From the NCBI GenBank assembly GCA_963772835.1, contig CAVYYZ010000009.1, positions 96,001 through 160,000 on the forward strand: DNA of 64,000 bases. The letters run 5' to 3'. Shown in pieces: positions 52,531 to 64,000 of this stretch (within the stretch, counting starts at the first letter, position 1; each line of letters starts with the position of its first letter). The notes below the pieces were generated by a model, which searched no databases, was not told where the DNA came from, and saw nothing but the letters and a program-made list of their open reading frames with translations. Source of the DNA: an uncultured delta proteobacterium. GTDB taxonomy: Bacteria > Desulfobacterota > Desulfuromonadia > Geobacterales > Pseudopelobacteraceae. The position numbers were made by a program, and so were the translations under genes.

Positions 52531-54934
52531 TTAACTCTCCACAACACCCTTTAACACATTACAAATTTGATCAAAGTTATACGGCTTGCTCAAAAAACCC
52601 GCAACTTCTCCCTCTGTTATCCGTGAAGAGATATCACCGGCGCCAAAACCACTGGAAACAATGATCGGCAAGTTCTTATTGATCTTTTTCAACTCATGAA
52701 ACAGTTCATAACCGTCCATAACTGGCATTCCAAGGTCTGTGACAACTAATCTAATGTATTCAGCGTTTTTCTGATACAACTCCAACGCTTCTTTGCCGTT
52801 GATTGCTTCAATAACAGAGAATCCAAGTGCCTCCATCAAGGCTTTTGCCACCTGCATAATCTGTATTTCATCCTCTACCAGCAGCACCGTACCACTTCCC
52901 TGCCATGCTGTTGGAGAAACCTGCAGAATGTTTTTTTCTGCCGAGTCGCGTTTCTGGGCCGGCAGATAGATCTTGAAGGTTGTTCCCTGCCCCGGTTGAC
53001 TGAACAACTGCAGAGCTCCTTTATGCGCTGTGATGATGCCGAGTACTGCCGACATCCCGAGACCACGACCGGTAAACTTGGTAGTGTAAAACGGCTCGAA
53101 AATCCGCTTTTTAGTCTCATCATCCATGCCGCAGCCACTGTCGGAGACCTTAAGGCAAATATACCTGCCTGGCTCAATGGCTTTGCCAATATAATCACTG
53201 TCTAACTGTGATGCACTGATTTCGATCTCTGTCATGGATACTTGTATTTCACCCTGCACACCGTCAATGGCTTCCGAGGCATTGATGACCAGATTCATGA
53301 CTATCTGCCTGATCTGGCTGGCATCTCCGATAATAGATAGTTCCTCTGAGGGGAAATTTGATTTAATCACGACATTTTGGTTGATAATTGATTTCAACAT
53401 CTTGAGTACATCTTCCGTCAGTGCCGTCATGTTAAATCGTTTCAGAATTGACAATGATTTTCCGGCGTACACCAACATCTGACGGCATAACTCCGCAGCA
53501 CGCGCCGCAGCAACTTCAATCTCTGGGATGAGATCAACAGCCGTTTCAGGGCGTTGCTGCACCAGTGAGCAATTACAGATGATGACAGTCAGGATATTAT
53601 TGAAGTCATGGGCAATGCCTCCGGCCAGCACGCCGAGGCTTTCCAGCTTCTGAGTCTGTTGGAATTGTTGTTCGATCAGCAGCTTTTCTTCTACGGCCTT
53701 TTTACGCTCAGTTATATCTTCGACAACGGAGATGAAATGTTCCGGTTTCCCCATATCATCGCACACCAGCGAAACCGTCAGGTTGATCCAGACCAGTGAC
53801 CCTTCTTTACAAATATAGCGTTTCTCCAGGCAATACGTTTCGATCTCTCCGGCCAGCATCTGCTGCACATATTTCAGATCGGTTTCCAGATCGTCAGGGT
53901 GGGTAATATCCTGAAACGTCTTTGTTAGAAGTTCTTCACGGCTATAGCCCACAATAGTGCATAATTTCTGATTAACCTTCAACCAGCGCCCGTCCAAGCT
54001 CACGTGGGCAATGCCGACCGCCGCCTGTTCGAAAGTAGAGCGAAGGCTGGCTTCGCTGTTCACTCAGATCCTTTTCCATTTTTTTACGCAGGGTAATATC
54101 CTTGGCGAAATGGACCACCCCACGGACTGCACCGTCCTTTCCACTGAGCGGGAAACAGGAGATTGATAGCCAGGTGTTAAGGCTTGGCTCAAAAAGCTCT
54201 ATTTCAGAGGAAGCCCCGGTTTGCACTGTAGAAAACATTGGACAGGTGCCAACAGGCCCTCTGGTTTTGTGAAACAATTCAAAACATTTTCGGGAGTGGA
54301 TCTCGTCAGGTGACACGCCGAGAACATTTCTACAGGCTTTGTTTGCGAGAAGTACATTGTTGTTAAGATCGTGGATAGTCACGCAGTCGCCGATAGCGTC
54401 AAAGGTCTCCTGCCACTCCTGTTCTTTCTCCGCAATATTTGCCCTGGCTGCCTCAAGAATCCTGACCTTCTCTTCAAGTTTTTCCGCAACTATATGACTA
54501 TACTTCCTGAGAAAGTCCTCTTCTTCATGGCCTAATTCCGTGCGGACAACCGATTCTTTTTTAAGTGTGCACCTAGTAAGTATAGTGGAAAGTTCATCCC
54601 AGAATTCTTGTGCATCTTTAGGCTTGACAATAAAGGCTTCAGCGCCCAGTGAAATGGCAAGCTCAGCCTCTTTATTCCCTGTATAAACAGCAGAATAGAA
54701 AATGAAGGGAATGGATCGCAGAGATTCATCAGTCTTGATGCATCTCAGAAACTGAAAACCGTCCATTACCGGCATGAGCGCGTCTGAAACGATCAAGTCG
54801 GGCCTGTCGGAGCTTGCCAGGTGCAGTCCTTCTGCACCATTTGCTGCCTCTATGACTTCACAGCCATGATGCACCATGTTAAGTTTCAGCAGGTACCGGT
54901 CTTCAGCGTTGTCGTCCACGATGAGGATTTTCAT
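52531..54934 (-). CDS. Hybrid sensor kinase REC-PAS-PAS-HisKA-HATPase-REC, one apparent frameshift near 54060
   Basis: ORF 53972-54934 (REC, PAS) continues into 52531-54063 (PAS, GGIAHDFNNIL, GRGLG, REC). Confidence 0.85.
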
Positions 54935-54993
54935 TCGTATTCATCCTTTATCTGTATATTTTCGATACATTTCAATCAATACTTACATTAGAA

Positions 54994-56226
54994 TCACACC
55001 GCAATCCGGAACTCAGCGCCATGCTCGACATTGCGGGCGGACAATTCCCCACCCATATTCTGCTCGATAATCACCTTTGACATATACAGACCAATCCCGG
55101 TCCCTCTGTCAGGTCCCCTTGTAGTGAAATAGGGGTCAAATATTTTGGGTAAAACATCGTCCGGAATTCCACCGCAATTGTCACGGATATACAGCACAGA
55201 ACGGCCACCCTCACGTACTATGTGCAAGAAGAGACAGGGATCGGTCACATGACGCTCGATGCAGGCTTCACGAGAGTTGGAGATGATGTTGAGCAGTACC
55301 TGTGCGTATTCGTTCTGGTAACCGACAACCGATACCTCAGTGGCGTTATCAATCTTGACCATGATATTGTGATTTTTCAGGTTTGCAGAGACCACTCCAA
55401 GGGCTCGATTGACTGCCTCGTTTATTGAAAATTTCAATTTTTCCTTGTCCTCGCGGAAAAAATTATTGAAGTCATTGATAGTCTGAGACATGTACAAGAT
55501 GACTTCCATAGCCTCGCGGGCTTCTCTGTGCATATCATCAGGCGTGAGCGTGCCGGAGTCATATTCCAACTGCAGGTTCTGAATGATCAGGGCGACATTA
55601 TTAAGTGGGTTACGCCATTGGTGGGCGATGTTGCCGATCATCTCTCCCAAGGCAGCAAGACGTCCTTGCTGGATCAGAATTTGGTCTTTACGGCGCTGAT
55701 CGGCAACCAGTTCAGCAACACGAGACTCCAGATTTTTGTGCAGCAGTTCCAAATCTCGCACCTTTTCTTCCAGTTTGGCAGCGACCATCTGGCTATAAAT
55801 TTTCAGGAACTTCTCGTCTTCCTCAAGGAGTTCGCTTACGGGCCTTTCTTTTGTTCTGTCCAGTTTTTCAAGCAGGCTTTTTAGTTGTCTCAGGAATTCC
55901 TCAGCTTCAAGAGGTTTTACCATAAAAGCATCAGCCCCCAGCGACAGAGCAAGCTCCTTATCTTTATTTCCCGTGTACACAGCAGAGTAAAATATGAAGG
56001 GGGTATCACGCAGCACCGTTGAACGCCTGACTTCCCGCAGAAACTCAAAGCCATCAACTTTGGGCATCAGTGCATCGGAGATAATCAAATCCGGCAGTTC
56101 GGCAGTTGCGATTACAAGACCCTCTTCACCGTTTACGGCCTCCAGAATCACTAACGCAACATGAGCCAGATAATGGCGAAGTATGTTTCGGTCGTCCGCG
56201 TTGTCGTCAACGATGAGGATTTTCAT
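54994..56226 (-). CDS. Hybrid REC-histidine kinase
   Basis: N-terminal REC, IAHQWRNPL, DNCGGI and GTGIGLY. Confidence 0.9.
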   Translation of the reverse strand: MKILIVDDNADDRNILRHYLAHVALVILEAVNGEEGLVIATAELPDLIISDALMPKVDGFEFLREVRRSTVLRDTPFIFYSAVYTGNKDKELALSLGADAFMVKPLEAEEFLRQLKSLLEKLDRTKERPVSELLEEDEKFLKIYSQMVAAKLEEKVRDLELLHKNLESRVAELVADQRRKDQILIQQGRLAALGEMIGNIAHQWRNPLNNVALIIQNLQLEYDSGTLTPDDMHREAREAMEVILYMSQTINDFNNFFREDKEKLKFSINEAVNRALGVVSANLKNHNIMVKIDNATEVSVVGYQNEYAQVLLNIISNSREACIERHVTDPCLFLHIVREGGRSVLYIRDNCGGIPDDVLPKIFDPYFTTRGPDRGTGIGLYMSKVIIEQNMGGELSARNVEHGAEFRIAV

Positions 56227-56228
56227 TG

Positions 56229-56594
56229 CTAGACCCCGATGATCTTATGAATCTGCTCCACAATGGTCAGCGGATCGAACGGTTTCTCAAAATAGCCATT
56301 GCAGCCGGCGGCCATAATCCGGTCTCGATCTCCTCGCATGGCGTAAGAGGTTATGGCGATGATCGGCATAGTGCCATCAATTTTGGAAGCCCGGATTCTG
56401 GTGGTCGCCTCGATACCGTCAATCCCCGGCAAGTTGATATCCATGATAATAAAGAAGGGACGGTTGGCAATTGCCATCGCAACCCCATTTTCGCCAGTTT
56501 CAGCGCTGATGACTTCATAGCCTGCCCGCTGCAGGGCATAGGTGATTATCTGCAGATTATCTGCGTTGTCTTCCACTACCAGCACTGTTTTCAT
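56229..56594 (-). CDS. Single-domain response regulator (DivK-like)
   Basis: VVEDN, MDINLPGIDG, AITSYAM and KP. Confidence 0.9.
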   Translation of the reverse strand: MKTVLVVEDNADNLQIITYALQRAGYEVISAETGENGVAMAIANRPFFIIMDINLPGIDGIEATTRIRASKIDGTMPIIAITSYAMRGDRDRIMAAGCNGYFEKPFDPLTIVEQIHKIIGV

Positions 56595-58006
56595 GGTTTC
56601 CCCTCAGTGGCATTTGGTGTCTGCCCTTCCTTTTGTTCTCCTTTAAGACGGCTCGGAATAGTCATCACAAAGGCACTGCCGTTCCCCGGTTCGCTCGTCA
56701 CAAAAATTTCGCCGTGTAAAATATCTACAACTATTTTTTTCGTCAGGTAGAGCCCCAGCCCGGTTCCCAGGACTTTGGCGGTCAGGTGTGAGTGGATTCT
56801 GCTGAACGCGTTGAAGAGTTTGACCTGATCAACCGCCGCAATACCAATGCCGGTGTCGGTTACGGTAAACGTCACCTCACCATCTGCTTCGTTGTGTCGG
56901 ACAACAACCGTAACGCCACCCTGCTCGGTAAACTTCAGACCATTACTGACCAGATTAAGTATGCACTGCAGCAGACGGCGCCGATCAGTATTCATCGGCA
57001 GGCTGAGCTGATCCACGGTCAGGGAGAGCTTCCGATCCTGTGCCTCTTTGGTAAAAGTCTGCTCCACCTCTGTCAGCAGTTCGGCAAGATCGAATTCTTC
57101 GCGACTGACTTCAATCATCCCCGCTTCGATTTTCGAGACGTCAATCACATCGTTAATCAAGGAGAGCAGGTGTTTGCCGGAACGGAGGATCGAGGTCAGG
57201 CTCTTTTTCTGTTCATCGTTCAAAGCACCGATCCACTCATTAAGCAGGATGCTGGAGAAGCCGATCACCGAATTGAGTGGCGTCCGCAGTTCGTGACTCA
57301 TTGAGGCGATGAACATCGATTTCAGCCGGTCAACCTCCTTCAATTTCTCATTTGTCTGTTCAAGTTTATTATTGACGTCGTTTACGTCCTCCAGCAGATA
57401 TTGCATGGCTGTTTGGGAACGTTCGAGTTGAATTGTCTTTTGCTGAAGGTTTTCAGTGCGCTCTTTGACCAGATCTTCAAGATTCTCATGATATTTTTCG
57501 AGTTCAAGGTCAACCTGCTTTCGCCCGGATATATCTTCAACGCTGGACCAGATGAATTTTTCGCCATTACGCTCTATCAGCAAACCCTGTAATCGGACCG
57601 GCACAAGATGGCCATCCCTGTGAATATATTCCTTTTCATAGGGACCATACACGCCGGAATTGTTGAGCGATTCCAACTGTTGCTGCTCCTGAGACGCATA
57701 TTTTTCTGGAGTAATCTCCCAATAAGTCAAGTTCAGAGTTTCATCAATAGTTCTGCCGATAATGCCGGAGTAAGCGGTGTTAACATCAACCAGTTTCCCG
57801 TCCATGCTGGCAAGCGCAAGGCCGACGGGAGACTGTTCGAAAAGCATCCGGTTATACGCTTCACTCTCCCTCAGTTTTTTCTCCTTAATCTCACTGGCCA
57901 ACGCAGTTTCACTCAGCATGCCGCGGATTAGCCGGGTCATAAATGTATGCAGTGACATAATTCTCCCAATATTGAACGAAGATTTTGTGCCTCTACGGTT
58001 ACTCAC
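56591..58006 (-). CDS. PAS histidine kinase
   Basis: PAS, coiled coil, MSHELRTPLNS, NGLKFT, DTGIGI and GTGLGL; start is GTG 58006 or a nearby ATG. Confidence 0.88.
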   Translation of the reverse strand: MSNRRGTKSSFNIGRIMSLHTFMTRLIRGMLSETALASEIKEKKLRESEAYNRMLFEQSPVGLALASMDGKLVDVNTAYSGIIGRTIDETLNLTYWEITPEKYASQEQQQLESLNNSGVYGPYEKEYIHRDGHLVPVRLQGLLIERNGEKFIWSSVEDISGRKQVDLELEKYHENLEDLVKERTENLQQKTIQLERSQTAMQYLLEDVNDVNNKLEQTNEKLKEVDRLKSMFIASMSHELRTPLNSVIGFSSILLNEWIGALNDEQKKSLTSILRSGKHLLSLINDVIDVSKIEAGMIEVSREEFDLAELLTEVEQTFTKEAQDRKLSLTVDQLSLPMNTDRRRLLQCILNLVSNGLKFTEQGGVTVVVRHNEADGEVTFTVTDTGIGIAAVDQVKLFNAFSRIHSHLTAKVLGTGLGLYLTKKIVVDILHGEIFVTSEPGNGSAFVMTIPSRLKGEQKEGQTPNATEGKP

Positions 58007-60405
58007 TCATCCAGGACCATCCGCACTTTCCGCAGCAAATCTTTTGGTGAAGAAGGTTTGCTGATCAAGTGAGCGCCATCCTCAAGTGATGCCTTCTGGC
58101 GGATTGTGTCGGGCGCATAACCACTGGAGAAGATGACCTTTATACCGGGCTGTAGCTTGCGAATCTCGTCACAGGCCACATTACCATTCATTCTCGGCAT
58201 AATCAGATCAAAGAGGAGAAGGTCGATTCTCTCCTTATTTTCCTGGAACAACCGTATCGCCTCCTCTCCATCAACGGCCTCTATTAATGTGTAGCCGGCT
58301 TCTGTCAATACTTTAGTCATAAGATTTCGCACAAGAGCATCGTCTTCAGCAAGCAGGATTGTCTCTGTTCCACCAACAATCGGCTGCTCTTTTTCGGGCA
58401 TGACTACATGCGCTGCTTCCATGGAAAGTGAAAGATAAATCCTGAAGGTGGTTCCGTGACCAGGTTCGCTGTAGACGACGATGAACCCATCATGCTGCTT
58501 GATGATGCCGTAGACAACGGAAAGACCAAGTCCGGTTCCTTTGCCCACCTCTTTGGTGGTAAAAAACGGTTCAAAAATCCGCTGCTGTGTCGCTTTGTCC
58601 ATCCCGATGCCGGTATCTGAAACACTTAGCAGGACAAATTCACCCGGTTTGCCATAACCATGCGTCGCAACAAAATCTTCATTGAGGACAATCCGTTCCG
58701 TTTGCAGGCTAAACTTTCCCCCATGTGGCATGGCATCATGGGCGTTCACCGCCAGATTCATCAGCACCTGCTCCAGTTGGCTGCTGTCGGCAAGAACCGG
58801 CACGGGGCCGGCGCAGAACGACTGCGTCAGTTCGATGTCCGCGCCGATGATCCGTTGCAAAAATTTATCTGTTTTTCCGACGACCTCGTTCAGGTCGATG
58901 CAGCGCCGTTCGCTAAACTGCTTACGACTGAAGAGCAGCAGTTGTCTGGTCAGATGGGCGGCTCGTTCCGCCGCTTCAACGATTCCTTTGATATTATGGC
59001 GCTGCGGATTGTCATCCGTCATTTTCATAAGCGTTATCTCGCCTAAACCAATGATGACCGTCAGGATATTATTGAAATCATGGGCCACACCCCCTGCCAG
59101 GGTGCCAACCGATTCCATCTTTTGGGCATGCAGATACTGGGTTTCCAGTTTCTTGTGTGAGGTGATGTCACGCTTCACCTCAATGACCTTTGTCACTCTG
59201 CCCTGCTCGTCCGGCAGGGGCACGGTCCGGATATCGTAGATCCGGTCATCGAGCTTGGTGACGGTCTCGCTATGGGGGACGCCAGACTCGAAGCATTTCA
59301 ATACCGGGCAGCTTTCGCAGGGGGTCGTGCGCTGATACCTGAGATTGTAACAGTGTCCACCCGACAGCTCTTCGGACGCGATGCCGATGTCTTCAGCGGT
59401 GGCGCGATTGGCCCAGAGTACCTTTAGATCGTGGTCGAGGAGTAAGAGGCTGTCGGGTATGGCATCAAGCACGCCGTTAAATTCTTGCGACAGGCGGCGG
59501 AATTTCGCTTCGCTTTGCTCCAGCTCTGTCGCCGACCGCTTGCGTTCGGTAATATCTCTGATGACGCCGATATTTCCTGCCAGCTTGCCATCATCGCCCA
59601 GCATTCTCATGGCATGCAGTTCGCCGACGAACTCCGCTCCAGATTTCCGCCGGTAAATCAATTCCAGCAGCTTGCCGGTTTCGGTATCATTACGATTGAA
59701 GATCTCTTTCCCGGCCAGCTCGAACTGCGCCAGGTCAGCACAGAGCAAAGAAGTGGATTTGCCCAGCACATCGTCGGTTTCATAACCAAAGATGGTGCGC
59801 AGGGCCGGTTGATTGACATCGATGATCGTGCGGGAAAGGTCGGTGATGATCACCACGTCCCGCATGCTGGCAAACAGGTTACGGTAGCGGGCTTCGCTCT
59901 GCGCGATCCGTTGGTTGGCCTCCTCCAGCGCCCGCACCTTTTCCTCCAGCTTGGCGGCCACAATACGGCTGTATTCGACGAGAAATTCCTCGTCGGATCG
60001 AGAAATCTGTTCTATTGCGGTGCAAGCATTGGTGCCATTCAAAAGAGCACGGGAAATTTCCTCCCAGAGCTCGTCCGCAGTCAGTGGTTTGACAATAAAA
60101 GCTCTGGCGCCCAGAGCTAAAGCCATTTCCTTCTCCCGATTGCCGGTGTACACGCTGGAATAGAAGATGAATGGAATCTCGCTCAGTTCGGGTTTTTTCT
60201 TGATCTCCCGTAGCAACTGGAACCCGTCCATCTCCGGCATAAGGGCATCTGATATAATCAGCCCGGGCAGTTTGGAAATTGCCAGGCTCAACGCTTCCAG
60301 GCCGTTTGCCGCCTCCAGAATTTGGTAGCCGTGCCACTCGAAATTGTAACGAAGCAGCTTTCGGTCTTGCTCGTTATCATCGACAATCAATACGGAGTGG
60401 GTCAT
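58003..60405 (-). CDS. Hybrid sensor kinase REC-PAS-PAS-HisKA-HATPase-REC
   Basis: GGVAHDFNNIL, EPFFTTKEVGKGTGLGL, and receivers at both termini. Confidence 0.92.
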   Translation of the reverse strand: MTHSVLIVDDNEQDRKLLRYNFEWHGYQILEAANGLEALSLAISKLPGLIISDALMPEMDGFQLLREIKKKPELSEIPFIFYSSVYTGNREKEMALALGARAFIVKPLTADELWEEISRALLNGTNACTAIEQISRSDEEFLVEYSRIVAAKLEEKVRALEEANQRIAQSEARYRNLFASMRDVVIITDLSRTIIDVNQPALRTIFGYETDDVLGKSTSLLCADLAQFELAGKEIFNRNDTETGKLLELIYRRKSGAEFVGELHAMRMLGDDGKLAGNIGVIRDITERKRSATELEQSEAKFRRLSQEFNGVLDAIPDSLLLLDHDLKVLWANRATAEDIGIASEELSGGHCYNLRYQRTTPCESCPVLKCFESGVPHSETVTKLDDRIYDIRTVPLPDEQGRVTKVIEVKRDITSHKKLETQYLHAQKMESVGTLAGGVAHDFNNILTVIIGLGEITLMKMTDDNPQRHNIKGIVEAAERAAHLTRQLLLFSRKQFSERRCIDLNEVVGKTDKFLQRIIGADIELTQSFCAGPVPVLADSSQLEQVLMNLAVNAHDAMPHGGKFSLQTERIVLNEDFVATHGYGKPGEFVLLSVSDTGIGMDKATQQRIFEPFFTTKEVGKGTGLGLSVVYGIIKQHDGFIVVYSEPGHGTTFRIYLSLSMEAAHVVMPEKEQPIVGGTETILLAEDDALVRNLMTKVLTEAGYTLIEAVDGEEAIRLFQENKERIDLLLFDLIMPRMNGNVACDEIRKLQPGIKVIFSSGYAPDTIRQKASLEDGAHLISKPSSPKDLLRKVRMVLDE

Positions 60406-60486
60406 GGCTATTATCCTCGTGCCGATGGCAGTGGCAGTAAAATATCTTTAAGTTTTTCATTTGTCTGTTCAGTAAACCCTGTAATC

Positions 60487-61530
60487 TCAAGCGGGTACAC
60501 TTGTCAGCTCCTTTACCCGCTCTTTCAGTTCATTGATGCGGAACTCCCGATCAATAAAAAGCTTGTTGAACCTTTCAAGCTCCCGATTTTTCTCTTCCAG
60601 GGCAGCATTGGCTTTTTCCAGATCCTGCCTGGCAAGGGAAAGTTCCTGAAGCTGATGGTTTTTTTCCTGTAGGTCGGCTGTGCGTTGGGCAGCCTGCTGT
60701 TCAAAATAGTGTTGCAGCCGGCTTAGTTGCAGGTGTGTGCGGATTCTGGCATGGGCTTCGTCGATATCGAACGGTTTGGTGATAAAGTCGGCGGCGCCCG
60801 CAGAAAATCCACTGATTTTCTCGAGCGTTTTATCGAGTATGCTAAGAAAGATGACCGGAATACGATAACCAGCTGCGGTTGCTTTGATCCGGCGGCAGGT
60901 TTCATAACCATCCATTTCCGGCATCACGATATCCAGCAGGATCAGATCGGGCGGATTAACACCCAGCACCAGATCGATCGCTTTTTGGCCATTGGTGGCA
61001 ACTATAACACGATACATCTCGGACAGCGCACCGACGAGGTCGTGCACATTCTCAGGCACATCATCCACTACCAGAATGCTGGGAGTTGCTTGAGGAGGCA
61101 CTACATCAGCAATACCGGACAGGACAGGCTTTCTGCGATAACGCAACAGTTCGAGCTGAGACATCACCCGCACCTTGAGCAGGTCGGGGTTGACCGGCTT
61201 GGTGATATAATCGGCAGCGCCCATCTTCAAACCTTTCGCCTCATCCTCCGTCTCCGACAAAGAAGTAACAAAGATGACCGGAAGCTCCGCCGTCACCAGA
61301 TCTGCCTTGAGCCTGCGCAGTACTTCATAGCCATCCATGTCCGGCATCCTGATATCCAGCAGGATCAAATCCGGCTGTGGCTGCTGCTGAGCCAGTTCCA
61401 GGGCCTTTTCGCCGCTGGTCGCGGCAATGACGGCATAGCTGTCGCGCAGGATACTCATCAGCGCGTGGAGATTCTCGGCGACGTCATCGACTATCAGCAC
61501 CCTCTGTTTATCAATATTGGCTTCACTCAT
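60487..61530 (-). CDS. Tandem-receiver (REC-REC) response regulator with coiled-coil tail
   Basis: Two VDD...DLILLDI.MP.MDG...KP units; tail ends [12 protein letters not shown]. Confidence 0.88.
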   Translation of the reverse strand: MSEANIDKQRVLIVDDVAENLHALMSILRDSYAVIAATSGEKALELAQQQPQPDLILLDIRMPDMDGYEVLRRLKADLVTAELPVIFVTSLSETEDEAKGLKMGAADYITKPVNPDLLKVRVMSQLELLRYRRKPVLSGIADVVPPQATPSILVVDDVPENVHDLVGALSEMYRVIVATNGQKAIDLVLGVNPPDLILLDIVMPEMDGYETCRRIKATAAGYRIPVIFLSILDKTLEKISGFSAGAADFITKPFDIDEAHARIRTHLQLSRLQHYFEQQAAQRTADLQEKNHQLQELSLARQDLEKANAALEEKNRELERFNKLFIDREFRINELKERVKELTSVPA

Positions 61531-61552
61531 GTCGGCTTCTCCTGCAAAAATA

Positions 61553-64000
61553 TCATGCTGACCCGCCCAGATGCCGGGTTAAGTCTTTAATCTGCTCAAG
61601 TGCTTCATCGGTAGCAAAGCGGTCCATCAAGGCGGCTATCCTGACCAGATCCTGTTCCGTTTCCATCCCGGCCTCATCCCCCAGCAGCTCTGCAAGGAGC
61701 TGATCGGCCGCTCCCAGATCGCTTTTGAGCAGAGAGGCCAGCGCAAGCAGTTTGGCCAGTAACTGATTACGATCATTCGTCGTTGTTGCCTTGGGCTTTG
61801 CGGCAACTGGAGTGGCCAACCCATCGATCTCATCCATGGTCTGCTGCAGTAGCTGTCCCATGCGTTCAAACTGTTCAGGAGCCGCCATCATACCTGACTT
61901 CAGTACATTATCCACTGCGCTGATACAGGCAAACAGCTCATTGGCACTGAGATTCCCGGTAACGCCCTTGAGGGCATGGCAATAATCCTCACCAGCCTCA
62001 ACTCCATTTTCTCTGATCGTACGCTGCAATTCGGCTAACGCACCGGAATAGTTTTTACGGAAGCGGTATAGCTGATTGCGGTAGGCTCCCGCTTTGCCGC
62101 CGATACGGCGAATCCCCTGCGCCGCATCTACGGTTTTCAGTGCCAGCAGGTCGGCAGGAATTTCCGGGGCAACGGCATCAGGATTCGTCGCAGCGGATGG
62201 GGATGTTGTCTCCGCCGGCAGCCACTTCGCTAGTACCGCCTGTAGTCGTTCCGGTGCCACCGGCTTGGTAATGTAATCGTTCATGCCGGCTTGCAGGCAT
62301 TTCTGGGCATCCTCGGCCATGGCCATCGCGGTCATGGCGATGATCGGCAGTGTCGTAAAGTGTTCGTCATCCAGCTCCACCGCCAGGGCACGTATGCGCC
62401 GTGCCGCTTCCAACCCATCCATGACCGGCATCTGGATATCCATCAAAATACCGTCATAGGAGCGCTGTTGCACCATAGCCACAGCCTCTTCGCCATTAAC
62501 CGCTTCATCCAGAGTGATGCCCATGCTGTGCAGCAGTTCCACGGCAAACTCGCGGTTGATTTCGTTATCTTCGACCAGCAGCAGGTGAATGCCGCTATAG
62601 TCACTGCTGGTCAGCGCAGAGCCAGTTCCGCGCTCTTGTTTTTCTGCGCCAAAAATACGGTCGCGCCCCAATACTGACAAAATGGTATCGAGCAGAGTTG
62701 ACGGTGCCATCGGCTTGAGCAGGAAGCCATTTACGTCGGATTGCTCCACCAGTTTCATCACTTCCTCCCGGCCATAGGCGGTAACAATAACCACTTTGGG
62801 CTGGGGGCTTATAGCGCTGTCGGTACGAATCCTCCGGGTCGCCTCGTCACCGTTCATGCCGGGCATGCGCCAGTCCATCAACACGACATCAAAAGGGTTA
62901 TCGACAGCCGCTTGCAGCTGTTCTATGGCATCCTGGCCATTGACAGCGCCTCTGACATCGAGCTGGAAGGAGCGGAGCATTTCGGCAAGAATCTCCCGTG
63001 CGACTTCGTTGTCATCCACCACCAGGATACGTATCCCCTTGAGCAGCGGTCCCGCCTGCTCCACCAACTCATGGCTATGCAGTAGCGCCCGGGTGTCAAT
63101 GTTGAGCGGCACCGTACAGCAGATGGTCGTACCCGTGCCCGGTTGCGAGTTTTCTATCCAGATGCGCCCTCCCATCAATTCCACCAGCAGCTTACTGATC
63201 GCCAGTCCCAGGCCGGTACCGCCGAAACGCCGCGTGGTGGACTGATCGGCCTGGGTGAATTTCTGGAACAGGCTGCTCTGCACCTCAGGCGTCATGCCGA
63301 TGCCGGTATCCCGCACACAAATTTCAAGCGTCAGCGCGGTGTCGCTGACACTTCGGCCGGTAAATGACAACTCCACCTCGCCCGCTTCGGTGAATTTGAC
63401 GGCGTTACCACAAAGATTAAGCAGCACCTGACCCAGACGAAGCGAATCGCCAATGAGCCGGCACGGGATATTCACGTCATAGCGGATGAGAAACTCGATC
63501 CCCTTTTTTTCGGCCTGTAAGCCGATGGCATCGGTCAGTTGCTCCAGGACACTGTCGAGACCGAATTCTACCGACTCTATTTCCAGTTTGCCAGCCTCGA
63601 TCTTGGAAAAATCCAGAATATCATTGATGATCCCCAGCAGGGAGTGAGCCGCACCCTGCGCTTTGCTCAGGTAGTTGTGCAGTGCGGGTGGCATATCGGA
63701 TTTCATGGCGAGGTAGAGCATACCAAGAATTGCATTCATCGGTGTGCGGATCTCGTGGCTCATGTTGGCGAGAAAGTCGCTCTTGGCAAGGGTGGCGGCT
63801 TCTGCTGACTCCTTTGCAATACGCAGCTGCTCTTCAGCATACTTACGTGCGGAAATGTCATGTGCAATCTTGGATGCGCCGATGATTTTACCTGAGGCGT
63901 CTTTTATTGGTGAGATGGTTGCCAAAACAGGTACGAGTTCTCCATTTTTCTTTACCCTTACCGTCTCGAAATGATCAATTCGTTCGCCGGAACGTATCCG
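61553..64000 (-). CDS. Unorthodox hybrid kinase PAS-HisKA-HATPase-REC-REC-HPt (5' truncated by window edge)
   Basis: Open to 64000; [30 protein letters not shown], two RECs and HPt HALKG. Confidence 0.92.
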   Translation of the reverse strand, partial: RIRSGERIDHFETVRVKKNGELVPVLATISPIKDASGKIIGASKIAHDISARKYAEEQLRIAKESAEAATLAKSDFLANMSHEIRTPMNAILGMLYLAMKSDMPPALHNYLSKAQGAAHSLLGIINDILDFSKIEAGKLEIESVEFGLDSVLEQLTDAIGLQAEKKGIEFLIRYDVNIPCRLIGDSLRLGQVLLNLCGNAVKFTEAGEVELSFTGRSVSDTALTLEICVRDTGIGMTPEVQSSLFQKFTQADQSTTRRFGGTGLGLAISKLLVELMGGRIWIENSQPGTGTTICCTVPLNIDTRALLHSHELVEQAGPLLKGIRILVVDDNEVAREILAEMLRSFQLDVRGAVNGQDAIEQLQAAVDNPFDVVLMDWRMPGMNGDEATRRIRTDSAISPQPKVVIVTAYGREEVMKLVEQSDVNGFLLKPMAPSTLLDTILSVLGRDRIFGAEKQERGTGSALTSSDYSGIHLLLVEDNEINREFAVELLHSMGITLDEAVNGEEAVAMVQQRSYDGILMDIQMPVMDGLEAARRIRALAVELDDEHFTTLPIIAMTAMAMAEDAQKCLQAGMNDYITKPVAPERLQAVLAKWLPAETTSPSAATNPDAVAPEIPADLLALKTVDAAQGIRRIGGKAGAYRNQLYRFRKNYSGALAELQRTIRENGVEAGEDYCHALKGVTGNLSANELFACISAVDNVLKSGMMAAPEQFERMGQLLQQTMDEIDGLATPVAAKPKATTTNDRNQLLAKLLALASLLKSDLGAADQLLAELLGDEAGMETEQDLVRIAALMDRFATDEALEQIKDLTRHLGGSA

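Overview
This 64 kb bacterial window looks like Geobacteraceae/Desulfuromonadia (inferred from gene content and protein style). Many genes carry single-base indels that look like uncorrected long-read consensus errors. It has four blocks. (1) 1-12.2 kb: alpha-glucan/trehalose metabolism (end of glgE, two treS-maltokinase fusions, glgX, malQ). (2) 12.3-34 kb: ion and osmotic homeostasis (NhaD, two CPA1 and one CPA2 antiporter, two MscS, an APC permease, a membrane-anchored OtsA plus OtsB, MarR, GGDEF), with two decayed gene remnants. (3) 34-45.5 kb: a ~6 kb tandem duplication of [leader ORF - IclR - DUF4212 - ActP-like symporter - membrane protein - NhaD-like], followed by MarR, cls and a Rieske ferredoxin. 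(4) 48.7-64 kb: an att-like boundary followed by a signalling cluster (EAL-HDOD, PAS-GGDEF, hemerythrin, several kinases and receivers). The most notable observation is a family of four paralogous ~95-120 aa leader ORFs. Each has a signal-like hydrophobic segment and an IP(N/V)F motif. Three carry a C-terminal RAPP ribosome-arrest-like motif exactly 65-66 residues after the signal-like segment; the fourth is degenerate. They sit upstream of a YkgJ protein, nhaD and the IclR-ActP-NhaD units. They are candidate export-monitoring arrest peptides controlling Na+/ion-homeostasis genes.
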